Assembly (NCBI GenBank): GCA_947495695.1 | Contig: CANLZP010000001.1 | Coordinates: 143,069-207,068, forward strand | Length of the DNA stretch: 64,000 nucleotides | Direction: 5' to 3' | Origin: an uncultured Erythrobacter sp. | GTDB taxonomy: Bacteria > Pseudomonadota > Alphaproteobacteria > Sphingomonadales > Sphingomonadaceae | Shown here: one piece after another, positions 37,628 to 47,310 of the stretch | Layout: each line of letters opens with the position of its first letter | How positions within the stretch are numbered: the first letter of the stretch is position 1 | Position numbers and translations under genes: made by a program | The notes under the pieces: generated by a model | What the model was told of the DNA's origin: nothing | Database searches by the model: none | Seen by the model: the letters and a program-made list of their open reading frames with translations, nothing else

Positions 37628-38233
37628 ATGCCTAAAGAGAAATCCTTCCACCACGGCGACCTGAAACGCGTGCTATTCGAAAAAGCTCTTGAGCTTCTTG
37701 ATAGGGACGGCGTGGATGGTGTGACTATCAGAGCGGTAGCTCGAGAGGCCGGGGTATCCCATGGCGCCCCCGTCAATCATTACCGAGACCGCAAGGCCTT
37801 GCTGACTGCACTTGCGCAGCGGCAATTTGAAACGATCCTGAATTCTGTTGAAGACGGCCTCACCGCGGCACCGGGCGGTTCCAATGCTTGGATTGAAGTG
37901 TTCGGCAAAGCGTTGTTGGAATTCGGCTTTAAATATCCACACCGCTACAAGCTGCTGTGGCGCGGTGATTTGATCGATCTAAAGGATCCCGACCTTTCAA
38001 AGGTTATGGATCAAGTCTATCTTCAACTTTGTGGCCAAATCGAGCTTGCTATGCCTCAGGTCGAATTTGATCGTGATACCGTGGCGGTTGCCTTCTGGTC
38101 CATGATACATGGATATCTGGATATGAGGCTGTCAGGGATGTTCGTCCCGCTCGATGACAAAGTGACCGGAAGGCCGCGAGATGCGGCGCTGCTCGACCTT
38201 TTCAAAATGCTCGCGCCTCTAAACCGCTCTTGA
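37628..38233 (+). CDS. TetR family regulator
   Basis: FHHGDLK, VTIRAVAREAGVSHGAPVNHY; WHG-like C-terminus FWSMIHG. Confidence 0.93.
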   Translation: MPKEKSFHHGDLKRVLFEKALELLDRDGVDGVTIRAVAREAGVSHGAPVNHYRDRKALLTALAQRQFETILNSVEDGLTAAPGGSNAWIEVFGKALLEFGFKYPHRYKLLWRGDLIDLKDPDLSKVMDQVYLQLCGQIELAMPQVEFDRDTVAVAFWSMIHGYLDMRLSGMFVPLDDKVTGRPRDAALLDLFKMLAPLNRS

Positions 38234-38247
38234 TGCTTCCTCTCGCC

Positions 38248-38303
38248 GGCACCGTCAGACTAACGTGGCAGCTTCAGGCAAGGGCTGCTGGCCGGCTCGA
38301 ATG
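38248..38303. mobile_element. Orphan IS6-family terminus
   Basis: GGCACCGTCAGACTAA resembles the IR of the adjacent intact IS6. Confidence 0.6.
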
Positions 38304-39143
38304 GGTGTTGTCAGACTAACTGCACCGATTGCGGATTGAGGTGGTTGGGATAGGGTGGTTTTATGCCCAGGCCAAGTAAACCCGCCAGTCCATTCCACCG
38401 TTTCAACTCGTCGCCGGAAGTGATCCGTATGGCAGTTATGCTGTATGTTCGGTATCCTCTGAGCCTTCGCAATGTTGAAGATCTGCTGTTCAAATATGGC
38501 GTTGATATTTGCCACGAGACGGTCCGGTTTTGGTGGAATCGGTTCGGACCGCTGTTCGCATCCGATATTCGAAGACAACGTATCAGCCGGATGCGAGGCT
38601 TTCGGAATTGGCGCTGGCACGTCGACGAGGTTTTCGTGAAAATCAATGGCGAGACCCATTATCTGTGGCGAGCGGTCGACCACGAAGGTGAAATTTCCGA
38701 GAGTTATGTCACTAAGAAAAGGGATAAAAAGGCTGCATTGAAGTTTCTACGCAAGGCGTTGAAGCGTCACGGCCAGGCTGAAAAGATCGTGACCGACGGC
38801 CTTAAGTCTTACCCTGCGGCGATGCGCGAACTTGGCAATGAAGGCCGCCGCGAGATGGGCAGGTGGAAGAACAATCGAGTGGAAAACAGCCACCTTCCGT
38901 TCCGGCGAAAAGAGCGTGTCATGCAGCGTTTTCGGAGGATGAAATCACTGCAAAAGTTTGCTTCAGTTCATGCAAATGTTCACAACCACTTTAACTCGCA
39001 ACGCCACCTAATCGATCGCCAAACTTACAAGACCGCCCGCTCAGCCGCCTTGGCTGAGTGGCAAAACCTCATGGCCTGAAGAGTAGTTAGGTAGAGGACA
39101 ACTCCGCCAAGTGGAGACGAGTTCGCATTAGACTGACAGCACC
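38304..39143 (+). mobile_element. IS6 family insertion sequence, 840 bp
   Basis: IRs GGTGTTGTCAGACTAA (38304-38319) and TTAGACTGACAGCACC (39128-39143), 14/16; no target duplication seen. Confidence 0.92.
38363..39079 (+). CDS. IS6 family DDE transposase
   Basis: YVRYPLSLRNVEDLL, WHVDE, IVTDG, NNRVENSHLPFRR. Confidence 0.96.
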   Translation: MPRPSKPASPFHRFNSSPEVIRMAVMLYVRYPLSLRNVEDLLFKYGVDICHETVRFWWNRFGPLFASDIRRQRISRMRGFRNWRWHVDEVFVKINGETHYLWRAVDHEGEISESYVTKKRDKKAALKFLRKALKRHGQAEKIVTDGLKSYPAAMRELGNEGRREMGRWKNNRVENSHLPFRRKERVMQRFRRMKSLQKFASVHANVHNHFNSQRHLIDRQTYKTARSAALAEWQNLMA

Positions 39144-39269
39144 CGGTATAGCGTGCCTTCTGCACGGCCTGCTGCCCTTCTTATTCGTGGGCACGGGCAG
39201 CAAAGCTGTTAGCAAGCTGCACAATCGCATGGTTACGAACCGTCGCCGCAAACCATGCGCTGACCAAGC

Positions 39270-39408
39270 GGCACTGTCAGACTACTGCATCTGATCGACG
39301 GTTGAGCACGCTTGGGAAAGTCAGGTGCGATCCTCTCCCATGGCCCGCAAACCTATATCGGCCAAAATAAGTGATTATAGGTTTTGCTCACAGCCGACTT
39401 GGATCGCT
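39270..39408 (+). pseudogene. Truncated IS6 left end with aborted transposase start
   Basis: GGCACTGTCAGACTAC followed by ATGGCCCGCAAACCT (MARKP), then unrelated sequence. Confidence 0.55.
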
Positions 39409-40184
39409 TAAGCAGCAACCGAAATCACCGTGCGGCGGTAGAGGTGCCAGGTTGCATGTCCCAGAACCGGCAGAGCGACAAACAACCCCAGAAACATGGG
39501 TAGGAGCGCCACAAACAAGATCATCGCAACCATCACAGCCCAGACCAGCAGCACCTGCTTGTTTGACCGGATGGCAGCAAGGCTGACAATAATCGCTGTT
39601 ATGAAATCAACCTCGTGATCAACCAGTAAGGGTAGGCTGATGACTGTCACACAGTAGAACGCCAGAGCCATGATCCCGCCGATCACGCTGCCCACTGCGA
39701 GCATGGCCAGACCGGTCGGCGTGAGCAGGAAGGCCAGCGATTCTGCATCCGTGCCGCTCTCCGCAGCGAAAATCGCAAACACGCCGTGGGCCAGCATCAA
39801 CCAGAAGGCGAAGGCTACGAATACGATCACGCCCATCGAGACGATCTGCTCGTCTCCATGGCCTCTTAGCGCGCCCAGCACTGGCTTCCAACTGACAGGC
39901 TCCTTCGCTTCGCGGCGGCGGCTTACTTCATACAGACCCACCGCTGTAAAGGGTGCCAGCAAAGGAAAGCCAGCTGCAGCGGGGATCAGCCACGATGCAT
40001 CGCCCCACTGCAGCATAACCAACGAAATAAGGATGCCGCCTGCCACATAGATCGCTGCGAAAAACAGACCATATGTCGGATAGGTGCAGAAATCCGACCA
40101 ACCGGCTGCAAGCGCATGTTTCAAATCGGCCAGGCTCAGACTGTCCGAGACAGAATATGGTGCGACAGTTCCCTGTTCAGGCAT
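39408..40184 (-). CDS. DUF2189 family integral membrane protein
   Basis: ALAAGWSDF, GFPLLAPFTAVGLYEVSRR, PVLGHATWHLYRR. Confidence 0.9.
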   Translation of the reverse strand: MPEQGTVAPYSVSDSLSLADLKHALAAGWSDFCTYPTYGLFFAAIYVAGGILISLVMLQWGDASWLIPAAAGFPLLAPFTAVGLYEVSRRREAKEPVSWKPVLGALRGHGDEQIVSMGVIVFVAFAFWLMLAHGVFAIFAAESGTDAESLAFLLTPTGLAMLAVGSVIGGIMALAFYCVTVISLPLLVDHEVDFITAIIVSLAAIRSNKQVLLVWAVMVAMILFVALLPMFLGLFVALPVLGHATWHLYRRTVISVAA

Positions 40185-40200
40185 GGCGGCTTACTCCCCA

Positions 40201-40875
40201 TTAGAAGCGATAGCTTACTCCGGCGCTGACAACCCATGGGTCCAGCTTGTGCTTGGTTTCAATGGCGAGCGTGTTACCTGCGTACCAACGCGCAGTGGTA
40301 TCAATAAAGTAGCGCTTGGCATCGAGATTGATGCCGAACCCTTGATCGCTAATAGGAATATCGATCCCCGCCTGAAGCGCGATGCCAAATTCATCCGACA
40401 AATCGGTGTCAGTGACGCCGAGCGGGATTGTTGCTGCTCCTGGTTTGTCCTCGATCCAGAGAAAATAGGCAGGCCCGGCGCCGACATAGGGTTTGGCATT
40501 GCCAAGGTCGAAATGCAGCTTTGCAGTGACCGTCGCAGGGATCAGCCTGGCGTTTGAGACAAGCTCGGCACCGGGCAACCCGCTGATCGCATCAACATCA
40601 TGCTGAGTGACACAGCAAATCGTTTCCACCGAAAAGGAATCGCTGATGAAGTATTCGACCGCAATGGTCGGGACGATATTGTCATTCGCCTTGGTTTGCG
40701 TGTTGACCGGAAGCCCCACGGTATCGACGTTTAGCTCGGTGATTTTTCCATCGGGCAACACTGCTGTTCCAAGCAGTTTGACTTGCAATTGGCCAGCTCG
40801 ATCATCGCTCTGCGCGAGAGCGGGAGTGGCCGAGAAAGCCAGACCAGCGATCATGCATGCAAGAAACGGTTTCAT
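40201..40875 (-). CDS. ompW: OmpW family outer membrane protein
   Basis: Signal peptide, KPYVGAG, LDPWVVSAGVSYRF. Confidence 0.88.
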   Translation of the reverse strand: MKPFLACMIAGLAFSATPALAQSDDRAGQLQVKLLGTAVLPDGKITELNVDTVGLPVNTQTKANDNIVPTIAVEYFISDSFSVETICCVTQHDVDAISGLPGAELVSNARLIPATVTAKLHFDLGNAKPYVGAGPAYFLWIEDKPGAATIPLGVTDTDLSDEFGIALQAGIDIPISDQGFGINLDAKRYFIDTTARWYAGNTLAIETKHKLDPWVVSAGVSYRF

Positions 40876-40969
40876 AGTTCTGTATCCCCAAAGCTGCAGT
40901 GGCCACCCTTCGCGACCAAGGATTGTTGCAGCTCGGTGCCTTAAGTGGCTGCAATTTGGGGTGCATTCA

Positions 40970-40983
40970 TTGATCTGGATCAA
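40970..40983. promoter_or_regulatory. FNR/FixK box between ompW and the Crp/Fnr gene
   Basis: Perfect TTGAT-CTGG-ATCAA. Confidence 0.88.
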
Positions 40984-41045
40984 AGACCATTCCGCTTTTT
41001 GCGCCCAAATATCGCGTTGAGGGCAGATTTGATCGAGGCGCGCCA

Positions 41046-41771
41046 ATGAACAATCACAGCGCATTTGACACTTTCATGAGAGCTGCATTCGGGATGGAGC
41101 CTGGAGGCAAGACCTGCAACCAATTGGAGACCATTGCGACCACTCTATCGCTAGACCGGGGCAAGATCGCGCCGCTCGATCGTTCGATAGATCAAATCGC
41201 CTGCATAACGCGCGGAGCAACAAAATTGGCCGTACATGCCTCTGGTGACAGAGAGCAGATTGTCGCCTTTCATTTTGCCGGAGATATCGTTTCTATCCCC
41301 TCAGACGGTTCGCACATCTATGTCATGACCAGTCTGGTTGAAACAGAGCTATTGGTGTTTCCGGCCCGCGAGTTCTTCGATCAGGCGTCAGCAGAAAGCA
41401 CCATGGCCCGCTCGCTGTTCGACCGGCTGCCAGCCGCCTTGAACCGGTGCCGCGAGAAGGCCGTTGCGTTGGGAAGGATGAGCGCACACGAGCGGCTAGC
41501 TGGGTTCTTGACTGGGATGGCTGAACGGGTGGGTAAACGGGTTGGCGAACGAATCGTCCTCAACCTGCCCATGTCTCGTCAGGACATCGGCGATTCACTC
41601 GGAATGACAATCGAAACCGTAAGCCGCCAATTGGGCGCCATGCGCAAAGCGGGCTTGATCGAAACCAGGGGGCGATCGCAAATAGTGCTGCGAGACATAC
41701 GCGAATTGGCCAAGCGGGCTGGGCACGCAAAACAAGCCAACAAAAAACCTCCCAAAAATTTCGAAATTTGA
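41046..41771 (+). CDS. Crp/Fnr family regulator (FixK-like, no N-terminal Cys cluster)
   Basis: LPMSRQDIGDSLGMTIETVSRQL HTH; ERLAGFL. Confidence 0.9.
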   Translation: MNNHSAFDTFMRAAFGMEPGGKTCNQLETIATTLSLDRGKIAPLDRSIDQIACITRGATKLAVHASGDREQIVAFHFAGDIVSIPSDGSHIYVMTSLVETELLVFPAREFFDQASAESTMARSLFDRLPAALNRCREKAVALGRMSAHERLAGFLTGMAERVGKRVGERIVLNLPMSRQDIGDSLGMTIETVSRQLGAMRKAGLIETRGRSQIVLRDIRELAKRAGHAKQANKKPPKNFEI

Positions 41772-41781
41772 TCTGGATCAA
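41768..41781. promoter_or_regulatory. FNR/FixK box upstream of ccoN
   Basis: Perfect TTGAT-CTGG-ATCAA overlapping the regulator stop codon, 53 nt before the ccoN ATG. Confidence 0.9.
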
Positions 41782-41834
41782 TGTGTGGGTCGCACAAAGC
41801 GGCTAGCCGTGAGGGCAACAGAAGGGGCGTAAAT

Positions 41835-43490
41835 ATGGAAGCCGTACTTGGCCGGGCTGGCCTTTGGTTTGTGATAATGTTCCTGGCGCTCGCCGCATAT
41901 GTCGGTGCGCAGGACGCAGGCTTTGCCGCACATGCAGTTGTAGTGGGAGTAATCGCCTTTGCGTTTCTATGCGTAACGGTGATGCGCTATGATCCGCTGG
42001 CACGAGCACAGAGCATGTTCCGGATGCCACCAGGGCCATCGCGCTACGATGATGACGTGGTGCGCTGGGGTGTCATCGCAACGGTGTTCTGGGGCATGGC
42101 CGGGTTTCTGGCTGGCGTTGCTATTGCGCTCCAGATGGTTTTCCCGGCGCTCAATATCGAACCCTGGCTAAATTTTGGCCGCCTGCGTCCGCTACATACA
42201 TCTGCGGTGATTTTCGCATTTGGCGGCAATGCGCTGTTGGCGACGAGCTTTTACGTGGTGCAGCGCACCTGCCGCACCACACTGGCGTTTCCCTCTTTGG
42301 CGCGGTTCGTCTTCTGGGGTTACCAGCTGTTTATCGTTCTGGCCGCTTCAGGCTATTTGCTGGGCGTTACACAATCCAAAGAATATGCCGAGCCTGAATG
42401 GTATGTCGACATCTGGCTGACCATCGTTTGGGTCGCCTATTTTATCGTCTTCGTTGGCACGATTGTGCGCCGACATGAACCGCATATCTATGTCGCCAAC
42501 TGGTTCTATCTGGCTTTCATCATCACGATTGCGATGCTGCATATTGTCAACAATCTGGCCATCCCGGTCAGCTTCCTTGGCTCGCGCAGTTACAGCGCCT
42601 TTGGCGGGGTTCAAGATGCCCTGACGCAGTGGTGGTATGGGCATAATGCGGTCGGCTTCTTTCTGACCGCAGGCTTCCTGGCAATGATGTATTACTTCGT
42701 GCCGAAACAGGCTGAGCGGCCGGTCTATTCCTATCGCCTGTCGATCATCCACTTCTGGAGCCTGATCTTCCTGTATATTTGGGCAGGCCCACACCATCTG
42801 CACTACACCGCGCTACCCGATTGGGCTCAGACTCTGGGTATGGTGTTCTCGATCATCCTATGGATGCCGAGCTGGGGCGGCATGATCAACGGTCTGATGA
42901 CCCTCAACGGCGCCTGGGACAAGGTCAGAACCGATCCCATCATTCGCATGATGGTGATGTCGCTCGCCTTCTATGGAATGAGCACATTTGAAGGTCCTGT
43001 GATGAGCATCAAGGCGGTCAATTCGCTGTCTCATTATACCGATTGGACCATCGGACACGTGCACTCTGGCGCGTTGGGCTGGAACGGCATGATCACTTTT
43101 GCATGCGTGTATTTCCTGGTGCCGCGCCTGTGGGGCCGCGAACGAATGTATTCGATGCGCATGATCAATTGGCACTTCTGGCTCGCGACGCTGGGTATCG
43201 TTTTCTACGCAGCCAGCATGTGGGTCGCTGGCCTTACACAAGGCCTGATGTGGCGTGAGTATGATGCCAATGGCTATCTGGTGAACAGCTTTGTCGACAC
43301 CGTCGCAGCGCTCAAGCCAATGTTTGCAGCCCGTGCCTTTGGCGGGATCCTCTACCTCGCTGGTGGAGTGCTGCTTACCTACAACGTCTGGATGACGATT
43401 GCGGGCCATTTGCGCGACGAAGCGCCAATGACCGACGCGAAGCACAATCGCGCAGCCGACCGTCCCATCACCGCAGCACCCGCAGAATAG
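41835..43490 (+). CDS. ccoN: cbb3-type cytochrome c oxidase subunit I
   Basis: [38 protein letters not shown]. Confidence 0.98.
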   Translation: MEAVLGRAGLWFVIMFLALAAYVGAQDAGFAAHAVVVGVIAFAFLCVTVMRYDPLARAQSMFRMPPGPSRYDDDVVRWGVIATVFWGMAGFLAGVAIALQMVFPALNIEPWLNFGRLRPLHTSAVIFAFGGNALLATSFYVVQRTCRTTLAFPSLARFVFWGYQLFIVLAASGYLLGVTQSKEYAEPEWYVDIWLTIVWVAYFIVFVGTIVRRHEPHIYVANWFYLAFIITIAMLHIVNNLAIPVSFLGSRSYSAFGGVQDALTQWWYGHNAVGFFLTAGFLAMMYYFVPKQAERPVYSYRLSIIHFWSLIFLYIWAGPHHLHYTALPDWAQTLGMVFSIILWMPSWGGMINGLMTLNGAWDKVRTDPIIRMMVMSLAFYGMSTFEGPVMSIKAVNSLSHYTDWTIGHVHSGALGWNGMITFACVYFLVPRLWGRERMYSMRMINWHFWLATLGIVFYAASMWVAGLTQGLMWREYDANGYLVNSFVDTVAALKPMFAARAFGGILYLAGGVLLTYNVWMTIAGHLRDEAPMTDAKHNRAADRPITAAPAE

Positions 43491-43503
43491 GAGGGCCGTT
43501 TCG

Positions 43504-44265
43504 ATGAGCACTGAGCCGACACAGGCCACTTCGCGCCACCAGAAACTGGAACGCAATATCACGTTGATGGCGATTGCTACTCTGATTACCGTTTCCATCG
43601 GTGGCATCGTGCAGATTGCCCCGCTGTTCTATCTCGACAACACGATCGAGAAAGTTGACGGGATGCGTCCCTACACTCCGCTGGAGCAGGCTGGTCGCGA
43701 CATCTATGTGCGCGAAGGCTGCTATACCTGCCATAGCCAGATGATCCGTCCGTTCCGCGACGAAGTGGAGCGTTACGGCCCTTACAGTCTGGCGGCGGAA
43801 AGCATGTATGATCATCCCTTCCAGTGGGGATCCAAACGGACCGGACCTGACCTTGCCAGGGTGGGCGACCGCTATTCAGATGAATGGCACGTCCAGCATC
43901 TGAAAGACCCCCAAAGTGTGGTCCCAGAGAGCATCATGCCGCAATACAGCTTCCTGGCCGAAACAGATCTGAAGGTGGCCGATCCGGAAGGAATGCTCAC
44001 GGCGCTGCGCCGTGTCGGCGTTCCCTATACCGACCGCGATATTCAAATGGCAGAGGCCGATCTTGCCGCCCAAGCCGATCCGTTCAGCAATCGGGAAGAT
44101 CTGGAGGAACGCTATCCCAAGACGCAGGTGCGCGATTTCGATGGCGATCCCGATCGTCTGACCGAGATGGATGCGTTGGTCGCCTATCTGCAGATGCTCG
44201 GCACCTTGGTTGATGTGAAAAGCGCTGCCGCTCAACAGGAATTGGCAGAGGAGACTGGCAGATGA
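43504..44265 (+). CDS. ccoO: cbb3-type oxidase subunit II
   Basis: [26 protein letters not shown]. Confidence 0.97.
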   Translation: MSTEPTQATSRHQKLERNITLMAIATLITVSIGGIVQIAPLFYLDNTIEKVDGMRPYTPLEQAGRDIYVREGCYTCHSQMIRPFRDEVERYGPYSLAAESMYDHPFQWGSKRTGPDLARVGDRYSDEWHVQHLKDPQSVVPESIMPQYSFLAETDLKVADPEGMLTALRRVGVPYTDRDIQMAEADLAAQADPFSNREDLEERYPKTQVRDFDGDPDRLTEMDALVAYLQMLGTLVDVKSAAAQQELAEETGR

Positions 44266-44426
44266 CCGACTACGAAACCTTGCGCCAATTTGCAGACAGT
44301 TTCGGTCTGTTGGTCATGGCGATCATCTTTCTCGCTTTGTGTGCCTGGCCCTTCCGACCTGGTGCGAACGAACGCAACCGCCATGCGGCCAACTCAATTC
44401 TCGAGGATCACGAAGATGGCGAATGA
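44262..44426 (+). CDS. ccoQ: cbb3-type oxidase subunit IV
   Basis: Manual translation [17 protein letters not shown]...FRPG...AANSILED, 54 aa, overlapping ccoO and ccoP. Confidence 0.9.
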   Translation: MTDYETLRQFADSFGLLVMAIIFLALCAWPFRPGANERNRHAANSILEDHEDGE

Positions 44427-45336
44427 GTCAAATATTGAGAACCGCGTTGATCAGCCAACCGGAACCGAGTTTGTCGGCCATGAATGGGACGGAATTGAAG
44501 AGCTCGACACTCCGTTGCCGCGGTGGTGGCTGTGGACGTTTTACGCCACGATTGTGTGGGCGATTGGCTATGTGGTGGCCTATCCCGCCTGGCCGATGAT
44601 TGACCGCGCAACAGAAGGCGTCATCGGCTGGACCAGCCGGGGGCAGTTGGCCGAGGAGATTAGCGTGGCCAACAAGGCGCGCGAAGGTCTGCTCGAGCAG
44701 ATCGCGGCAACCGACACCGCGCTGCTGACCGATGATCCGCAATTGATGCAACAGGCCGTTGCCGGTGGTGCCGCGGCTTTTAAGGTCAATTGTGTGCAAT
44801 GCCATGGTGCCGGGGCAGCCGGATCACCCGGCTATCCCAATCTCAATGATGATGAGTGGCTGTGGGGCGGCGATTTGGAATCGATCGAATTGACCTTGCA
44901 GCATGGCGTGCGTTGGGATGGATCGGATCAGACCCGGTTCAGCCTGATGCCCGGGTTTGGCGATATTTTCACAACCGAGGAAATCAACGCTTTGGCTGGC
45001 CATGTGCTGTCCTTTACCGGCAGGTCGGAATCATCGGCCACAGGCGTCCAGCTTTACGCAGACAATTGTCTGTCGTGCCATGGCCAGTCTGGCGAAGGCA
45101 GCCGCGACCAAGGAGCCCCTGCCCTCAATGATGCAATCTGGCTGTATGGCAGCAGCGAAACAGCTATTCGCGGGCAGATCCGCGCGCCCAGCCATGGCGT
45201 GATGCCGGGCTGGAAAGACCGGCTGGATCCTGCGACCATCAAGATGCTCGCCGCCTATGTTCACTCGCTTGGCGGCGGTGAAACTCTGGCTCAGCAGTCC
45301 GACGAGCCAGCCGAAGCAGCCGATGAACAACCCTGA
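44416..45336 (+). CDS. ccoP: cbb3-type oxidase subunit III
   Basis: GHEWDGIEELDTPLPRWW; two CxxCH motifs (CVQCH, CLSCH). Confidence 0.97.
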   Translation: MANESNIENRVDQPTGTEFVGHEWDGIEELDTPLPRWWLWTFYATIVWAIGYVVAYPAWPMIDRATEGVIGWTSRGQLAEEISVANKAREGLLEQIAATDTALLTDDPQLMQQAVAGGAAAFKVNCVQCHGAGAAGSPGYPNLNDDEWLWGGDLESIELTLQHGVRWDGSDQTRFSLMPGFGDIFTTEEINALAGHVLSFTGRSESSATGVQLYADNCLSCHGQSGEGSRDQGAPALNDAIWLYGSSETAIRGQIRAPSHGVMPGWKDRLDPATIKMLAAYVHSLGGGETLAQQSDEPAEAADEQP

Positions 45337-46867
45337 GGAACCTGATCCCAAGACAGAGGAACGCGATCGCTGGGCCGAGGCCATCACCCCGGTGCAGCCA
45401 AAACCTGCGCGCAAACCGGCCACGCTCGGCGCAGACGTTCCGATTGGCGACCTCTACGAAAAGCACAAAGTCGTCCATAATCAGCGCATCGACGGACCGT
45501 TTCGGCGGTTCAAATGGACGGTGATGGTGCTGACCCTGGCGATCTATTATGTGACGCCGTGGCTGCGGTGGGATCGCGGGCCCTATGCTCCTGATCAGGC
45601 GGTGCTGGTCGATCTGACAAATCGGCGCTTCTACATGTTCGGTATCGAGATATGGCCGCACGAGTTTTATTTTGTCGCCGGCATGTTGATCATGGCCGGT
45701 ATCGGGCTGTTCCTGGTGACCAGCGCTGTTGGCCGCGCATGGTGTGGCTATGCCTGCCCGCAGACAGTCTGGACAGATCTGTTCCAGCATGTCGATCGGC
45801 TGTTCGACGGCGATAGAAATGCACGTGTAAAGCTGGACAAGGCGCCGTGGGGGCCGGCCAAGCTCGCCCGCCGTGCGTCGAAATGGACGGTCTATCTGCT
45901 GATCGCATTTGTCACCGGCGGTGCGTGGATCTTGTATTTCGCCGATGCCCCGACCCTGCTGCGGGACTTCTTTACCGGCGAGGCCGCTCCCATCGCCTAT
46001 GCCACAGTTGCCGTTTTGACCGCCACGACCTTTGCGCTGGGCGGGTTCCTGCGCGAACAGGTGTGCATTTACATGTGCCCTTGGCCGCGCATCCAGACCG
46101 CCATGCTCGATGAAAAATCGCTCATCGTCACCTACAAAGACTGGCGCGGCGAGAAACGCGGAAGCCTGAAGAAGGCGCTGAAACAGCCCGATGAATATGG
46201 TGATTGTATAGATTGCCAGCAATGTGTTGCGGTCTGCCCCACTGGGATCGATATCCGCGAAGGTCCGCAGATTGGCTGCATCACCTGCGCGCTTTGCATT
46301 GACGCATGCGACCGTGTGATGGCCGACATAGGTCGGCCGCGTGGCTTGATCGATTATGCAACGCTGGAGGATTGCAAGCACGAGGCGACAGGAGGCAAAC
46401 CGCAATCGCCTTGGAAAACGCTGCGCCGCCCCCGCACCCTGGTTTACGGTGCCATATGGCTCTCTATCGGTGCGGCCCTGTTGTTTGCGCTTGGCGTTCG
46501 CACGCATACCGAAATCACCGTTTCGCCAGACCGCAACCCGCCCTTCATGCTGATGCGTGATGGATCGGTACGAAACGCCTACACGCTCAAATTGCGCAAC
46601 ATGGAGAGCAGGCCGCGCACCATGCAGGTGGAGATTAGCGGACTGGCGGGGGCAACCATGTGGACCGATTCAATAACGCGCGAGAATGCGGCGACCAGCC
46701 AGCAGGTCGAGGTTCCTGCTGACGCGACCCGCACGGTTCGCGCCTATGTGCTGGCCCCGGCCAATTCGAGCGAGCAGAGCTTCACCTTCACGCTGACTTC
46801 TCTCGACGAGCAACGCGAAAGTGACACTGCCCAAACCCTTTTCACAACACCGGGAGGTAACCCATGA
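45323..46867 (+). CDS. ccoG: Cytochrome c oxidase accessory ferredoxin-like protein
   Basis: CGYACPQTVWTD, CIYMCPWPR, CIDCQQCVAVCPTGIDIR, CITCALCIDAC. Confidence 0.97.
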   Translation: MNNPEEPDPKTEERDRWAEAITPVQPKPARKPATLGADVPIGDLYEKHKVVHNQRIDGPFRRFKWTVMVLTLAIYYVTPWLRWDRGPYAPDQAVLVDLTNRRFYMFGIEIWPHEFYFVAGMLIMAGIGLFLVTSAVGRAWCGYACPQTVWTDLFQHVDRLFDGDRNARVKLDKAPWGPAKLARRASKWTVYLLIAFVTGGAWILYFADAPTLLRDFFTGEAAPIAYATVAVLTATTFALGGFLREQVCIYMCPWPRIQTAMLDEKSLIVTYKDWRGEKRGSLKKALKQPDEYGDCIDCQQCVAVCPTGIDIREGPQIGCITCALCIDACDRVMADIGRPRGLIDYATLEDCKHEATGGKPQSPWKTLRRPRTLVYGAIWLSIGAALLFALGVRTHTEITVSPDRNPPFMLMRDGSVRNAYTLKLRNMESRPRTMQVEISGLAGATMWTDSITRENAATSQQVEVPADATRTVRAYVLAPANSSEQSFTFTLTSLDEQRESDTAQTLFTTPGGNP

Positions 46868-47310
46868 GCCGAGAATTTACCGGACGCGACATGGCTCTTG
46901 TGATGGTGGCCGGCTTTGGGATCGTCTTTGCGGTCAATATCCTGATGGCTAATCTTGCGACAAGCGGATTTGGCGGAGTTGTGGTCGAAAATTCCTACGT
47001 CGCCAGCCAGAAATTTAACCGCTGGCTGGACAAGGCAGAACGCAGCAAGGCGCTCGGCTGGAAAGCAGATGTCACGCGCAGCGACGATGGATATCTCACA
47101 ATCGCCGCAGCAGGTGTTCCAGAAGAAGCCACCGTTACAGCGCAATTGCGGCGTCCCATCGGCGCAAACGAGACTGCGTCCATCACCTTTGCGAGCATTG
47201 AAGGCGGAATCTATCGCTCCACCCAGCCCGTCAGCGAGGGGCGCTGGATCGTGCGTCTGGCAATCACATCGGGCCAAGACAGCTGGTCGCAGGAAACGTC
47301 GCTCCAATGA
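46864..47310 (+). CDS. ccoH: FixH family protein
   Basis: GFGIVFAVN, GVVVENSYVASQKFN. Confidence 0.92.
   Translation: MSREFTGRDMALVMVAGFGIVFAVNILMANLATSGFGGVVVENSYVASQKFNRWLDKAERSKALGWKADVTRSDDGYLTIAAAGVPEEATVTAQLRRPIGANETASITFASIEGGIYRSTQPVSEGRWIVRLAITSGQDSWSQETSLQ

Larger units (their letters stand above)
19234..39360. mobile_element. tRNA-anchored accessory genomic island (right boundary approximate)
   Basis: Starts at the tRNA 3' end; contains a tyrosine recombinase, IS6, dispersed repeats and unrelated catabolic/detox modules; several genes look AT-richer. Confidence 0.7.

Noticed and set aside
22550-39210. Shared GCAAAGCTGTT at 22550 and 39200 as an island-end direct repeat
   Set aside because: A single 11-mer match is expected by chance in 64 kb and does not extend.
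41029-41042. Third FNR box upstream of the Crp/Fnr gene
   Set aside because: Only the TTGAT half-site is present; the right half (GCGCG) does not match ATCAA.
45239-46507. 422-aa antisense ORF over ccoG, and similar long shadows (28016-28801, 42858-43607, 47418-48119, 55384-56052)
   Set aside because: They lie opposite well-supported genes in GC-rich DNA and show no recognisable motifs.
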